Positions 10,938 through 20,983 of a DNA stretch of 64,000 nt are shown in pieces. The stretch spans positions 2,646 through 66,645 of the forward strand of contig CALHXF010000029.1 of assembly GCA_938040095.1 (NCBI GenBank), given 5' to 3'. Position numbers and translations under genes: made by a program. Source of the stretch: an uncultured Caulobacterales bacterium (GTDB taxonomy: Bacteria > Pseudomonadota > Alphaproteobacteria > Caulobacterales > Maricaulaceae). Position 1 is the first letter of the stretch. Every line of letters begins with the position of its first letter. The notes beneath the pieces were generated by a model. That model saw nothing but the letters and a program-made list of their open reading frames with translations, had not been told where the DNA came from and did not search any database.

Positions 10938-12699
10938 TATGAAATTGAAACCAGAACTAGGCGTTTGCTATTATCCTGAGCATTGGCCCGAGGACATCTG
11001 GGCCGATGATGCCCGCCGCATGGTTGAAATGGGATTGCCATGGGTCCGGGTTGGTGAGTTCGCCTGGAGCCGTTTAGAGGCAGAACCTAACCAGTTCACA
11101 TTCGAGTGGCTAGACCGGGCTATCGAGACACTAGCAAATACGGGCCTCAAGATTGTGATGTGCACGCCGACAGCGACGCCACCGCGTTGGATGGTTGATA
11201 AATATCCAGATATGTTAGCCTGGGACGCAGAGGGCAGACCTCGCGGTTTCGGGTCCCGTCGACATTATGATTTCTCGCATGAAGGCTACCGCGCCGAATG
11301 TGTGCGTATCGCAAGAATTTTGGGTGAACGATATGGCGCTCACCCCTCAATCAAAGCGTGGCAAATCGACAATGAATATGGCTGTCACGATACAACGATT
11401 TCCTACAGCCCTGTAGCGAAACAGGCGTTCCAAAAGTGGTTGTTTGAGAAGTATAAGACGATTGACGATCTGAACTCACGATGGGGCACCGTTTTCTGGT
11501 CGATGGAATATAGCCGTTTTGATCAAATCGAATGTCCGAACCTAACCGTTACGGAACCTATGCCAGCCCACGCTATGGATTTTCGTCGTTTTGCCTCTGA
11601 TCAAGTTGTGAGTTTCAACAAGCTTCAATCCGACGTTTTACGCGACCACACCAAGGTCGATTTACTCCATAATTACATGGGACGCGTAACAGAATTTGAC
11701 CATTTTGCCGTGGGTGAGGATTTGGATATTGCGACGTGGGACAGCTATCCGCTTGGGTTCCTAGAGGATCGGTCCGACCATGACGCGGATTATCGCGCCA
11801 AATACTCACGGGAAGGTGACGCAGACTTCCAAGCCCTGCATCACGATCTTTACCGCGCCGTGGGCAAGGGGCGTTGGTGGGTGCTGGAACAACAGCCAGG
11901 TCCCGTAAATTGGGCGCCGCATAACCCGTCTCCGAAGGCAGGCCAGGTACGCCAATGGACGCTTGATGCGTTTGATCATGGCGCTGAAGTCGTTGCGTAT
12001 TTCCGGTGGCGGCAATTGCCGTTCGGCCCAGAGCAGATGCATGCGGGATTACTGCGATGTGATGGCGAACTGTCTGAAGGCGGAAAAGAGGTGATGGCCC
12101 TTGCGCGTGAGCTTGAATCCTATGTTCCTAACAAGGCAAGAGCGACAGTCGCAATTGTCTTTGATTACGCCTCCCAATGGGCATGGGAGGTTCAACCTCA
12201 AGATCAGAACTTCAACTATTTTCGTTTAATTTTAGATGTTTACACAGGATTGCGAAGATCGGGTCACGATGTCATCGATATTCTTCCCAGTACCTCAGAG
12301 GACTTTGGCGATTATGATGCCGTCTTTATTCCCGGTTTATTCACGTGGACAGATGCATTGCGTGGAGCAATTGAACGTTTCAACGGACAGCTTATCATTG
12401 GGCCGCGAACAGGGTCACGCAATGAAGATTTCCATATACCGCAAACTCTCCCGCCTGGACTTGATGGACTAAAAGTCACGGCAGTTGATACACTTCGGCC
12501 TGATACACCTCTGTCCTTAAAAGACGGAGGGCACCTTCAAATTTGGCGCGAAGATATTGAAACAAATTGGACGGTCATTGATAAGACGACAGGTGGTAAA
12601 CCCGCACGCGTTACATCGGAAAATATGACCTATTGGGCGGGCTGGCCAGATGCGGAGGCGTTGGATATTTGGTTGTCCCAAATGCTGTCCAACCGCTAG
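10927..12699 (+). CDS. Beta-galactosidase, glycoside hydrolase family 42
   Basis: GVCYYPEHW, RVGEFAWS, TPTATPP, acid/base DNEY, nucleophile LEQQPG, YFRWR. Confidence 0.92.
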   Translation: MKLDMKLKPELGVCYYPEHWPEDIWADDARRMVEMGLPWVRVGEFAWSRLEAEPNQFTFEWLDRAIETLANTGLKIVMCTPTATPPRWMVDKYPDMLAWDAEGRPRGFGSRRHYDFSHEGYRAECVRIARILGERYGAHPSIKAWQIDNEYGCHDTTISYSPVAKQAFQKWLFEKYKTIDDLNSRWGTVFWSMEYSRFDQIECPNLTVTEPMPAHAMDFRRFASDQVVSFNKLQSDVLRDHTKVDLLHNYMGRVTEFDHFAVGEDLDIATWDSYPLGFLEDRSDHDADYRAKYSREGDADFQALHHDLYRAVGKGRWWVLEQQPGPVNWAPHNPSPKAGQVRQWTLDAFDHGAEVVAYFRWRQLPFGPEQMHAGLLRCDGELSEGGKEVMALARELESYVPNKARATVAIVFDYASQWAWEVQPQDQNFNYFRLILDVYTGLRRSGHDVIDILPSTSEDFGDYDAVFIPGLFTWTDALRGAIERFNGQLIIGPRTGSRNEDFHIPQTLPPGLDGLKVTAVDTLRPDTPLSLKDGGHLQIWREDIETNWTVIDKTTGGKPARVTSENMTYWAGWPDAEALDIWLSQMLSNR

Positions 12700-12729
12700 A
12701 AAACTGATAAATGATTGAATGGAAATGAT

Positions 12730-13875
12730 ATGAAAACCATGCGCACCAGAGCGGCCGTTGCCCTCGAAGCCGGTAAACCGCTCACCGTTATGGATGTGAA
12801 TTTAGAACTTCCAAAAGCGGGCGAGGTTCTGGTTGAAATCAAAGCCACAGGCGTTTGCCACACGGATGAATAGACCCGATCTGGAGCAGATTCTGAGGGC
12901 GTTTTCCCCTCCATCCTTGGCCATGAAGGCGCGGGTGTCGTGTTGCAAGTCGGGGAGGGTGTTACGACCCTAAAGCCAGGTGATCACGTGATCCCGCTCT
13001 ACACTCCCGAATGTCGAGAATGTTACGCTTGTACCTCTGGCAAAACAAACCTCTGTACCGCCATTCGTGGAACCCAAGGCAAAGGGTTGATGCCTGACGG
13101 CACAAGCCGTTTCTCTATGCTCGATGGTACACCTATTTTTCATTATATGGGCTGTTCAACTTTCGCCAATCATACGGTTATGCCAGAAATCGCTCTCGCA
13201 AAAGTTCGTAAGGACGCCCCATTTGAGAGCATTTGCTACATTGGCTGCGGTGTCACAACGGGTATCGGCGCTGTGATTAACACAGCAGGGGTAGAGATTG
13301 GATCGACGGCGGCGGTCTTTGGTTTGGGCGGTATCGGGTTGAACGTAATTCAAGGTCTTCGCATGGCAGGCGCAGACATTATTATCGGTGTCGATTTGAA
13401 TGATAATAAGCGTGAAATGGCGGAAAAGTTCGGGATGACGCATTTCATCAATCCCAAAGAATTGAAAAGCGGTCAAACCGTTGTCGAGGCTATTATAGAA
13501 ATTACGAAAACTCAAAAAGACGAATTCGGGGGCGTGGATTATTCCTTCGATGCGACAGGCAATGTCCAAGTTATGCGAGATGCTCTTGAGTGCTCACATC
13601 GTGGTTGGGGCGTATCTGTTATTATCGGCGTAGCGCCCGCTGGTGCTGAAATCTCAACGCGACCATTTCAGCTTGTCACGGGTCGCGTTTGGAAAGGCAC
13701 AGCTTTTGGCGGAGCAAAGGGACGAACAGACGTTCCAAAATTCGTGGACTGGTACATGGACAAAAAAATCGAGATTGACCCCATGATTACTCACACAATG
13801 CATTTGGACGATATCAATGATGCTTTTGAGTTGATGCATAAGGGTGAATGCATACGTGCCGTGGTGACATTCTAA
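12730..13875 (+). pseudogene. frmA: S-(hydroxymethyl)glutathione dehydrogenase / class III alcohol dehydrogenase interrupted by in-frame TAG at 12871-12873
   Basis: ATG 12730 reads MKTMRTRAAVALEAGKPL...[30 protein letters not shown], in frame with the listed 12940-13875 ORF. Confidence 0.88.
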
Positions 13876-14723
13876 TGTCAGTCGAGACGCTTTCTACCGT
13901 TCACGCGCATGGAGGCGTTCAAGGTGTTTACCGTCACACCTCGACGTCAACGAAAACACCGATGGAGTTCTCGGTTTTCGTTCCACCGCATGAGGCTGGC
14001 GCAAAATTGCCTGTCGTTTGGTATCTATCGGGTTTGACATGTTCCCAAGCTAACGTGACCGAGAAGGGCGAGTTTCGTGCGGCCTGCGCGGAGCTAGGTC
14101 TGATCTTTATCGCGCCGGATACATCTCCGCGCGGTGATGCTGTCCCAGATGATCCTGATGGGTCTTATGATTTCGGTCTGGGCGCAGGGTTCTACGTGAA
14201 TGCAACGAAAGGGCCCTTCGTCGAACATTACAACATGCGTGATTATATCGAAACAGAGCTGCCAGCCCTGATCGCAGAGACGTTTCCAAGTGCGGATATG
14301 TCTCGTCAATCCATCATGGGTCATTCAATGGGCGGGCATGGCGCATTAACAATTGGACTGCGGAGCCCTGAGCAATACCGCGCAGTGTCGGCCTTTGCGC
14401 CAATCGTTGCACCGATTGAAGTGCCATGGGGCCAAAAGGCGCTCTTAGGGTATCTCGGTGAGGACCGCACGTCTTGGGCAGAATATGATGCTTGTGCCTT
14501 AATTAGAGCAGGGGCGCGACTGCCTGATATTCTGATCGATCAAGGTGAGGCAGATACTTTCCTCGATGAGCAGCTAAAGTCCCATCTGTTCCAAAAATCG
14601 TGTGACTACGCGGGGCAATCCCTAACGTTACGAATGCAAGCGGGCTATGATCATAGCTATTATTTCGTCTCGACCTTTATGGCGGATCATTTGGCGTGGC
14701 ATGCGGAGCGGTTGAAGGCTTAA
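13875..14723 (+). CDS. fghA: S-formylglutathione hydrolase
   Basis: YLSGLTC, PDTSPRG, GAGFY, GHSMGGHG, GYDHSYYF; TAATG overlap with frmA. Confidence 0.95.
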   Translation: MSVETLSTVHAHGGVQGVYRHTSTSTKTPMEFSVFVPPHEAGAKLPVVWYLSGLTCSQANVTEKGEFRAACAELGLIFIAPDTSPRGDAVPDDPDGSYDFGLGAGFYVNATKGPFVEHYNMRDYIETELPALIAETFPSADMSRQSIMGHSMGGHGALTIGLRSPEQYRAVSAFAPIVAPIEVPWGQKALLGYLGEDRTSWAEYDACALIRAGARLPDILIDQGEADTFLDEQLKSHLFQKSCDYAGQSLTLRMQAGYDHSYYFVSTFMADHLAWHAERLKA

Positions 14724-14952
14724 AAACTATCCAAAACAGTGTTTCAGAATACTGATCCGCTGTTATGAAGAGGCTGGCAACCTCCTGATAGCTGCAATCA
14801 ATAATACTGCTGTTGAGGCGCCGAGTCGTGACGATTTGAAAATTGAGCTTCAGTTTTTACCAGCACTGTTTCACATGCTGATCCCAATAAAAGACTATCC
14901 ACATATTAATTAGGACTAAATTCCTTTCTTCTTGACTTACTGCCCTGAGTAA

Positions 14953-14967
14953 GAACAAAAGAAGAAC
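14953..14967 (+). promoter_or_regulatory. Alphaproteobacterial LexA (SOS) box
   Basis: GAAC-AAAAGAA-GAAC (GAAC-N7-GAAC) 3 bp before imuA; TTGACT -35-like hexamer at 14932-14937. Confidence 0.88.
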
Positions 14968-14970
14968 GTT

Positions 14971-15612
14971 GTGTCAGTTGTTCAAATTATAAATCGTCGT
15001 GATGTCGGGACGCTTGCGTCTTTTACATTGCAGGCCAGAAACGAGCTTTGCCTCGCTGATCCTGTGCGATTGGCGAAAGGTCGCGTACATGAGGCAACAG
15101 GCGATAGTTCGGATATGTTTGCTATCTTAACAGCATCCCGTCTCTCTGGACCGATTATTTGGATCGGCCTGACTCGCAATATTGGATCTCTAGCTCCCAC
15201 TGCTTTGCAAGACTTCATTGATCCGGCGCGGGTAATTCTGACGGAAGGCATCAGCCGCAGCGAAGTCCTCTGGGCAGCGGAACAAGCTTTAAGAGCCACC
15301 TGTGCCGAATGCGTTGTTGTTGAAATGTCGAGTGGTCCGAACTTGCGAGAATCTAGACGGCTTCAAATCGCAGCGGAAGAGGGCGGTGGCGTTGGCATCA
15401 TCCTGATCCATGGGCGAGCGCATACTTCTGCGTGCGAGACGCGGTGGCAATGTAATGCGTCTAATGCGGGTGAGAATTCATGGGTTTGGGCTCTAACGAA
15501 AAACCGTAAAGGCGAGCTTGGGGCGTGGCAGGCGCGGTGGATCAAACCCAAGACAAGCGGAGGCGCATATGAGGCGGGTGTTATCCATCTGGCTGCCGCA
15601 ACTGCCGCTTGA
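14971..15612 (+). CDS. imuA: ImuA, RecA-like mutasome accessory protein
   Basis: GRVHE, LWAAEQALR, RRLQIAAE, ETRW; first gene of the cassette; start uncertain. Confidence 0.85.
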   Translation: MSVVQIINRRDVGTLASFTLQARNELCLADPVRLAKGRVHEATGDSSDMFAILTASRLSGPIIWIGLTRNIGSLAPTALQDFIDPARVILTEGISRSEVLWAAEQALRATCAECVVVEMSSGPNLRESRRLQIAAEEGGGVGIILIHGRAHTSACETRWQCNASNAGENSWVWALTKNRKGELGAWQARWIKPKTSGGAYEAGVIHLAAATAA

Positions 15613-17056
15613 TCTTCGGATTCGCAAGGGGGACCTGCGAGTATCTGCGCCTTTTGCGATTATATCAGAAATCAATAATGCGTGGCGACTAACCCATTTA
15701 AGTGACGCTGCGGAATCGGTGGGTCTGTCCTCTGGACTATCCTTGCCTGACGCACGTGCGATCTGTCCTGACTTGCTAACACATCCGTCTAACCAAGCGC
15801 GGGAGGCAGCATTGCTACGCGCATTGTGGCGTTGGGCCGATAGTCTCTCGCCGTGGATTGCTCTGGATGCGCCTGACGGATTATTTCTGGATATCACGGG
15901 CTGCGCGCATTTGTTTGGCGGAGAGGCCAATATGGCGGCTTATGCGCACGAGCGTTTGTCCGATATGCAGATCACATCTCGGCTGGGGATTGCCGACACC
16001 AAAGGTGCGGCTTGGGCTTTGGCGCGTTTCAGTTCTAATGAGGTCAAAGTCGCATTACCTGGGCAAACAAGCGAAGCTCTCTCGGCATTGCCACTGGAAG
16101 CTCTGCGACTGCCGCAAAAGCTGAGTTCTGATTTGCGACGCACAGGTCTCAAAACGATTGGGCAGCTCATGGAGATTAAAAGCGCTGAACTCGCGAGGCG
16201 CTTTGGACTAGCTTTAACACAGGCTTTGTCTGCGGCACTCGGTCATGAGCCGGATCCCGTTTCACCGAAAGCTGCAGACCCAATTTATGCAGCGCGCATG
16301 ACATTGCCGGATCCAATTGGGTTGAAGGGTGATTTATTAGGCGTACTTGAACAGTTGACAGCATCGGTGTGCAGGCGGCTTGCGAAGGATGTCAAAGGCG
16401 CACGGCGTTATTATCTGACAGTGCGCTGCGTCGATACGGGCGATCATTTACTACACATTGGGTTTGCAAGGCCCACACATGAACACCGTGCTGTTATGCA
16501 ACAATTTACCAAACCGCTCGATGAATTAAAGATTGAGTTTGGCGCAGATTGGTTTCGACTAGAAGCGGCCCATATTGAGCCCATTCAACCGTTTCAGATC
16601 AGTCTCGATCAGCACAAGCAAGCCGAAGTCGACACGTCAAAGATCATCTCGACATTGGGTAATAGGCTGGGCTTTGACCGTGTTCGTCAATTCATGCCAA
16701 TGCAAAGCCACCTACCGGAGCGTGAATTCGTCTATGTTGAAGCGATGGACCAACGCGAGCCTGTGTCTTGGACCGCCGCCCCACGCAAACGTCCAATACG
16801 TCTGTTCAAACGACCAGAACGTTTGGTGACCTTGGAAGCGGGACGCCCGCCAAAACGGTTTCAATGGCGCAGAGGGGTGTATTCAACACATGTGGCCAAA
16901 GGCCCTGAACGCCTGACTGCAGAATGGTGGCAAACAGATATGGGAGCTGTGCGTGATTATTGGCATGTGCAAACAACGGAAGGGCTTCGTTTGTGGTTGA
17001 TGACATATCCCGGATCAAAAGAACCGGGTTGGTATATCGCGGGCAAATTTTCCTGA
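15569..17056 (+). CDS. imuB: ImuB, inactive Y-family polymerase
   Basis: RRVLSIWLP, DGLFLDITGCAHLFGGE, GPERLTAEWW, RDY; ATG 15569 after GGAGG. Confidence 0.93.
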   Translation: MRRVLSIWLPQLPLDLRIRKGDLRVSAPFAIISEINNAWRLTHLSDAAESVGLSSGLSLPDARAICPDLLTHPSNQAREAALLRALWRWADSLSPWIALDAPDGLFLDITGCAHLFGGEANMAAYAHERLSDMQITSRLGIADTKGAAWALARFSSNEVKVALPGQTSEALSALPLEALRLPQKLSSDLRRTGLKTIGQLMEIKSAELARRFGLALTQALSAALGHEPDPVSPKAADPIYAARMTLPDPIGLKGDLLGVLEQLTASVCRRLAKDVKGARRYYLTVRCVDTGDHLLHIGFARPTHEHRAVMQQFTKPLDELKIEFGADWFRLEAAHIEPIQPFQISLDQHKQAEVDTSKIISTLGNRLGFDRVRQFMPMQSHLPEREFVYVEAMDQREPVSWTAAPRKRPIRLFKRPERLVTLEAGRPPKRFQWRRGVYSTHVAKGPERLTAEWWQTDMGAVRDYWHVQTTEGLRLWLMTYPGSKEPGWYIAGKFS

Positions 17057-17066
17057 TGGCTATCTC

Positions 17067-20000
17067 ATGAGTTATGCAGAGCTAAACTGCATCTCCAACT
17101 TCACCTTCCTCAAGGGCGCCTCACACGCCGAGGAATTGGCTGTGCGTGCACAAGAACTTGGCCTGTCAGCTATCGCCATTGCTGATACAAATACTTTTGC
17201 AGGGATTGTGCGAGGCCATGTGGCCGCGCAGGAGTTAGGGCTAACCTACCTGGTCTCTGTTCGACTAATCTTGCGCGATGGGGCGGAACTCGTCGCTTAT
17301 CCTAAAACGCGTAAAGGCTATGGACACCTGTGCCGTTTGCTGACGTTAGGAAAACGCCGTGCCGCTAAAGGTCAGTGTGACCTCGGAATTGATGACGTTT
17401 TAGAATGGGGCAACGCGTGTGTCTTTGTCATAATTGAAAAACCTGAACATGCCGAGGCATTGAGAGCTGCTTTTGGTGAGGATGTGTTTCTCGCACTGAA
17501 GCCTCTTTACGATGGTGAGGATGCGATGCGGTTTGCTGATCGACAGCGGGTGTCGGAGGCGATGAATGTTTCGCTCGTTACCGTTGGCAATGTTATCATG
17601 CATACTGGACGGCGTCGGCGGCTTGCGGATGTGTTGTCTTGCATTCGAGAGAAGGTCAAAATTGATCAACTGGGACGTCTTGCGCAACCAAATGCTGAGG
17701 CACGTCTGAAATCTGAATTCGAAATGCGACGATTGTTTAAAGACTATCCAGAGGCCTTATCGAATACACAGGCCATTGTGGGGCGCTGTCTATTCTCACT
17801 TGATGAGCTAAAATATGAATATCCCGATGAGGTCACAAATGGAGAAGACGCCGACATGCGCTTACGGCGTCTGACGGAAGAGGGACTTAAATGGCGCTAC
17901 CCTGACGGCCTCACGCCGCGGGTGCAAGCTATGGTCGTTAAGGAACTTAAACTGATAGCAGAACTGAATTACGCCCGATATTTTCTCACAGTCTACGACA
18001 TAGTTGCCTTTGCAAGATCACAAGATATTCTCTGCCAAGGACGGGGCAGTGCAGCCAACTCTGTTGTCTGTTATGCTCTCGGGATTACTGAAGCTTCGCC
18101 TGAAACGATCTCCATGGTGTTTGAGCGCTTCATCTCTGAGGTTCGAGGTGAGCCGCCAGATATTGATGTCGACTTTGAGCATGAACGCCGCGAAGAAGTC
18201 ATCCAACATATTTACCAAAAATATGGTCGGCACCGCGCGGGCATATGTTCAACTGTCATCCATTTCCGAAGTCGCGCCGCGATCCGCGAAGTCGGCAAAG
18301 CTATGGGGTTGTCTGAAGACGCTGTTGCTGCGCTTTCCTCTCAAGTGTGGGGTACGAACAGTAAGGGCGTTGGAGAGGACCGTGTGAAATCTGCGGGGCT
18401 CGATGCAGCCGATCCTCGGCTACGCCAGACAATGGAACTTACGCATGAAATCATAGGCTTCCCACGTCACCTCTCGCAACATGTAGGCGGCTTTGTCATC
18501 ACGGCAGGACGTCTCGACGAAATGTGCCCTGTTGAAAATGCGGCCATGGCCGACCGTACAATAATTGAATGGGATAAGGACGATATTGATAGAATCGGGA
18601 TGCTCAAGATTGATGTGTTGGCGCTCGGTATGCTGACCTGTATTCGCAAAGCCTTTCATTTACTCGGGGATTGGAAAGGCGAGCAGTACGCACTCGCGAC
18701 AATCCCGCAAGAAGACCCCAAGGTATATGATATGCTCTGTATCGCGGACACGCTCGGCGTGTTTCAAGTTGAAAGCCGCGCTCAGATGAACTTCTTGCCG
18801 CGTATGCGTCCACGAACATTCTACGATCTCGTTATTGAAGTCGCCGTTATCCGCCCCGGCCCAATCCAAGGCGATATGGTGCATCCGTTTCTTAAGCGCC
18901 GCCGCGGTGAAGAACCTGTGGTCTATCCGTCCGCAGCGTTGGAACCTGTGCTTGGCAAGACATTGGGTATTCCGTTGTTTCAGGAACAAGCCATGCAAAT
19001 CGCATCCGTGGCTGCAGGCTTTACACCGTCAGAGGCTGACCAACTCCGTCGTGCGCTTGGAACGGCGAGGGGGCCAGGGACAATCCAAAAATTCAAAGAT
19101 CGTTTTATTATTGGCTGTATTGAAAATGGTTATGACGAAGACTTCGCTTGCGCGGTCTTTCGGCAGCTCGAAGGCTTCTCAGGTTATGGATTTCCAGAGA
19201 GCCATGCCGCGAGTTTTGCCCTATTGGTATATGTGTCCAGCTGGCTGAAGTGCCACCACCCTGAAGTGTTTTGCTGTGCGCTGCTAAACTCTCAACCTAT
19301 GGGTTTCTATGCACCGGCTCAAATTGTTCGAGATGCCCGTGAGCACGGCGTACCTGTGCGGCCCATCTGTGTTGAGCATAGCTATTGGGACAATGTGCTC
19401 GAACCTGCAGGGAATGGGCAGCTCGCGGTACGGCTAGGCTTTCGTCAGATTAAAGGCTTTCGGGAGGAAGACGGGCATTGGCTCTCTGCTGCGCGCGGGA
19501 ATGGATATCGCACAATTGATGCTGTCTGGCGCAAGGCAGGGTTGGATCGCAATGCGCTTTCAAAACTAGCTCAAGCCGACGCCTTTGCTAAGCAGGGGTT
19601 GAACCGCCGTGACGCGCTCTGGGTCGTCAAAGGCCTAGGCGGAGAAAAACCATTACCTTTGTTTGCAAATTTAGGTGAGGGCTTGCCGGAGATACCTGCG
19701 AACCTACCTCTCATGGATTCACGAGAGGAGGTGTTTGAGGACTATATCGGAACTCGCCTAACTCTTCGCGAACATCCCGTGACATTGTTGCAAGTGGATA
19801 TTGGCAACACACTGCCGTCAGCGAACTTACGCAATACAGTTGACGGACGGCATGTTGAGGTCTGCGGTCTTGTCATCACGCGTCAACGCCCGGGCACCGC
19901 TAGCGGTGTTATATTCCTGACATTGGAAGACGGTACGGGCGTGTCCAATATCGTTGTCTGGCCTTCTATGTTCGAGAAACGACGTAAAGCCGTCATGACG

Positions 20001-20354
20001 GGACGATTACTTAAGATACGGGGGAAACTTCAACGCGAAGGCATTGTTACTCACGTCATTGCAAACCAAGTTACGGATATCTCCTATCTGCTCGATACTC
20101 TAGGAGATGCAGGGGGGACAGGTGAGAACATCAATCCTAGCCATGATAATGCCGACGAAGCGCGACGACCCATTCCAGCAAAAGAGATAAAACGCGAAGG
20201 CCGAACGGCTCCAGGCAATCGCCTTTCGCCCGCCAAAGACAGGCCAATTTTGCCAAACCGAAACATCAGTGGATATTACAATGGAGGCGGTGGAGGGGCT
20301 CGTCATCCACGCCAGCAAGCAAATAAATTATTCCCCAGTCGCGACTTTCATTAG
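17067..20354 (+). CDS. dnaE2: Error-prone DNA polymerase DnaE2 (ImuC)
   Basis: YAELNCISNFTFL PHP start, GRGSAANS, PPDIDVDFEH, YGFPESHA, C-terminal SRDFH. Confidence 0.96.
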   Translation: MSYAELNCISNFTFLKGASHAEELAVRAQELGLSAIAIADTNTFAGIVRGHVAAQELGLTYLVSVRLILRDGAELVAYPKTRKGYGHLCRLLTLGKRRAAKGQCDLGIDDVLEWGNACVFVIIEKPEHAEALRAAFGEDVFLALKPLYDGEDAMRFADRQRVSEAMNVSLVTVGNVIMHTGRRRRLADVLSCIREKVKIDQLGRLAQPNAEARLKSEFEMRRLFKDYPEALSNTQAIVGRCLFSLDELKYEYPDEVTNGEDADMRLRRLTEEGLKWRYPDGLTPRVQAMVVKELKLIAELNYARYFLTVYDIVAFARSQDILCQGRGSAANSVVCYALGITEASPETISMVFERFISEVRGEPPDIDVDFEHERREEVIQHIYQKYGRHRAGICSTVIHFRSRAAIREVGKAMGLSEDAVAALSSQVWGTNSKGVGEDRVKSAGLDAADPRLRQTMELTHEIIGFPRHLSQHVGGFVITAGRLDEMCPVENAAMADRTIIEWDKDDIDRIGMLKIDVLALGMLTCIRKAFHLLGDWKGEQYALATIPQEDPKVYDMLCIADTLGVFQVESRAQMNFLPRMRPRTFYDLVIEVAVIRPGPIQGDMVHPFLKRRRGEEPVVYPSAALEPVLGKTLGIPLFQEQAMQIASVAAGFTPSEADQLRRALGTARGPGTIQKFKDRFIIGCIENGYDEDFACAVFRQLEGFSGYGFPESHAASFALLVYVSSWLKCHHPEVFCCALLNSQPMGFYAPAQIVRDAREHGVPVRPICVEHSYWDNVLEPAGNGQLAVRLGFRQIKGFREEDGHWLSAARGNGYRTIDAVWRKAGLDRNALSKLAQADAFAKQGLNRRDALWVVKGLGGEKPLPLFANLGEGLPEIPANLPLMDSREEVFEDYIGTRLTLREHPVTLLQVDIGNTLPSANLRNTVDGRHVEVCGLVITRQRPGTASGVIFLTLEDGTGVSNIVVWPSMFEKRRKAVMTGRLLKIRGKLQREGIVTHVIANQVTDISYLLDTLGDAGGTGENINPSHDNADEARRPIPAKEIKREGRTAPGNRLSPAKDRPILPNRNISGYYNGGGGGARHPRQQANKLFPSRDFH

Positions 20355-20526
20355 AATGAACTTAGGTAGCTTGTCGGACGTTAGACTCACCTGCATTAGT
20401 GCCCAAAAACCTAACCCTAGTATTTTTAGAATACGATTGAGGCAGGAAACCATGACGCTCACCCGTTGCATCGAACGGAACGTGAAAATGTTGTGCGCAA
20501 CATAAACAATGATTTAGATTGGGTAA

Positions 20527-20602
20527 TGGTGCCCGAACCTGGATTTGAACCAGGGACACACGGATTTTCAATCCGTTGCTCTACCAACTGAGCTATTCGG
20601 GC
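20527..20602 (-). tRNA. tRNA-Phe (GAA)
   Basis: Reverse complement GCCCGAATAGCTCAGTTGGTAGAGCAACGGATTGAAAATCCGTGTGTCCCTGGTTCAAATCCAGGTTCGGGCACCA, 76 nt with encoded CCA. Confidence 0.97.
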
Positions 20603-20700
20603 CTCTTAAGTGGGCGGTGTATAGTCGCGGGTTTTCGTCTTGTCCACACCGTTTCTGCCTTAATCTGCATCTGTTTTTGTCATTGAATTTTCTTTGATTT

Positions 20701-20715
20701 TGAGAATTATTCGCA
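20701..20715. promoter_or_regulatory. Fur-like iron box upstream of feoAB
   Basis: TGAGAAT-T-ATTCGCA, an imperfect 7-1-7 inverted repeat 13 bp before the feoA ATG. Confidence 0.7.
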
Positions 20716-20728
20716 GTACGACTGCGGC

Positions 20729-20983
20729 ATGACAAAACGGCTAACCGATCTTCGTAAAAATGAAACGGGTACTATCATCGACTTTGATGACAGATATCTA
20801 GATTTGAGTGTTCGATTACGCGAAATTGGTTTCGCAGAAGGCGATAGCGTAACGCCTCTACACTTCGGATTGTTCGGTAAGAACCCGATTTCCGTGCGAG
20901 TTAATGGCGCGCTGATCGCATTACGAAGAGAAGATGCGAAAGCGATTCTTCTGGGCTCCGTAACGCCAGAGGTGTTGTCATGA
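20729..20983 (+). CDS. feoA: Ferrous iron transport protein A
   Basis: RLREIGFAEG...PI.VRV.GALIALRR; ATGA overlap with feoB. Confidence 0.93.
   Translation: MTKRLTDLRKNETGTIIDFDDRYLDLSVRLREIGFAEGDSVTPLHFGLFGKNPISVRVNGALIALRREDAKAILLGSVTPEVLS

Noticed and set aside
12871-12873. Pyrrolysine or selenocysteine recoding of the frmA stop
   Set aside because: The codon is TAG (not TGA), the position is not a catalytic Cys or Lys, and no pyl genes or convincing recoding element are seen.
14724-14930. Possible small gene or sRNA between fghA and imuA
   Set aside because: Open frames lack a credible start, and I recognised no RNA structure.
20488-20503. ATGTTG-TGCG-CAACAT inverted repeat downstream of tRNA-Phe
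   Set aside because: At best a weak AT-rich terminator; too short to call, and it does not fit a dif layout.
20362-20571. 69-aa ORF overlapping tRNA-Phe, and ORFs 61877-62185 and 62112-62453 near tRNA-Ser
   Set aside because: They overlap tRNA genes or gabD and are most likely spurious.
14724-20602. Genomic island integrated at tRNA-Phe carrying imuABC
   Set aside because: No integrase and no duplicated tRNA 3' end found by eye; composition looks like the flanks.
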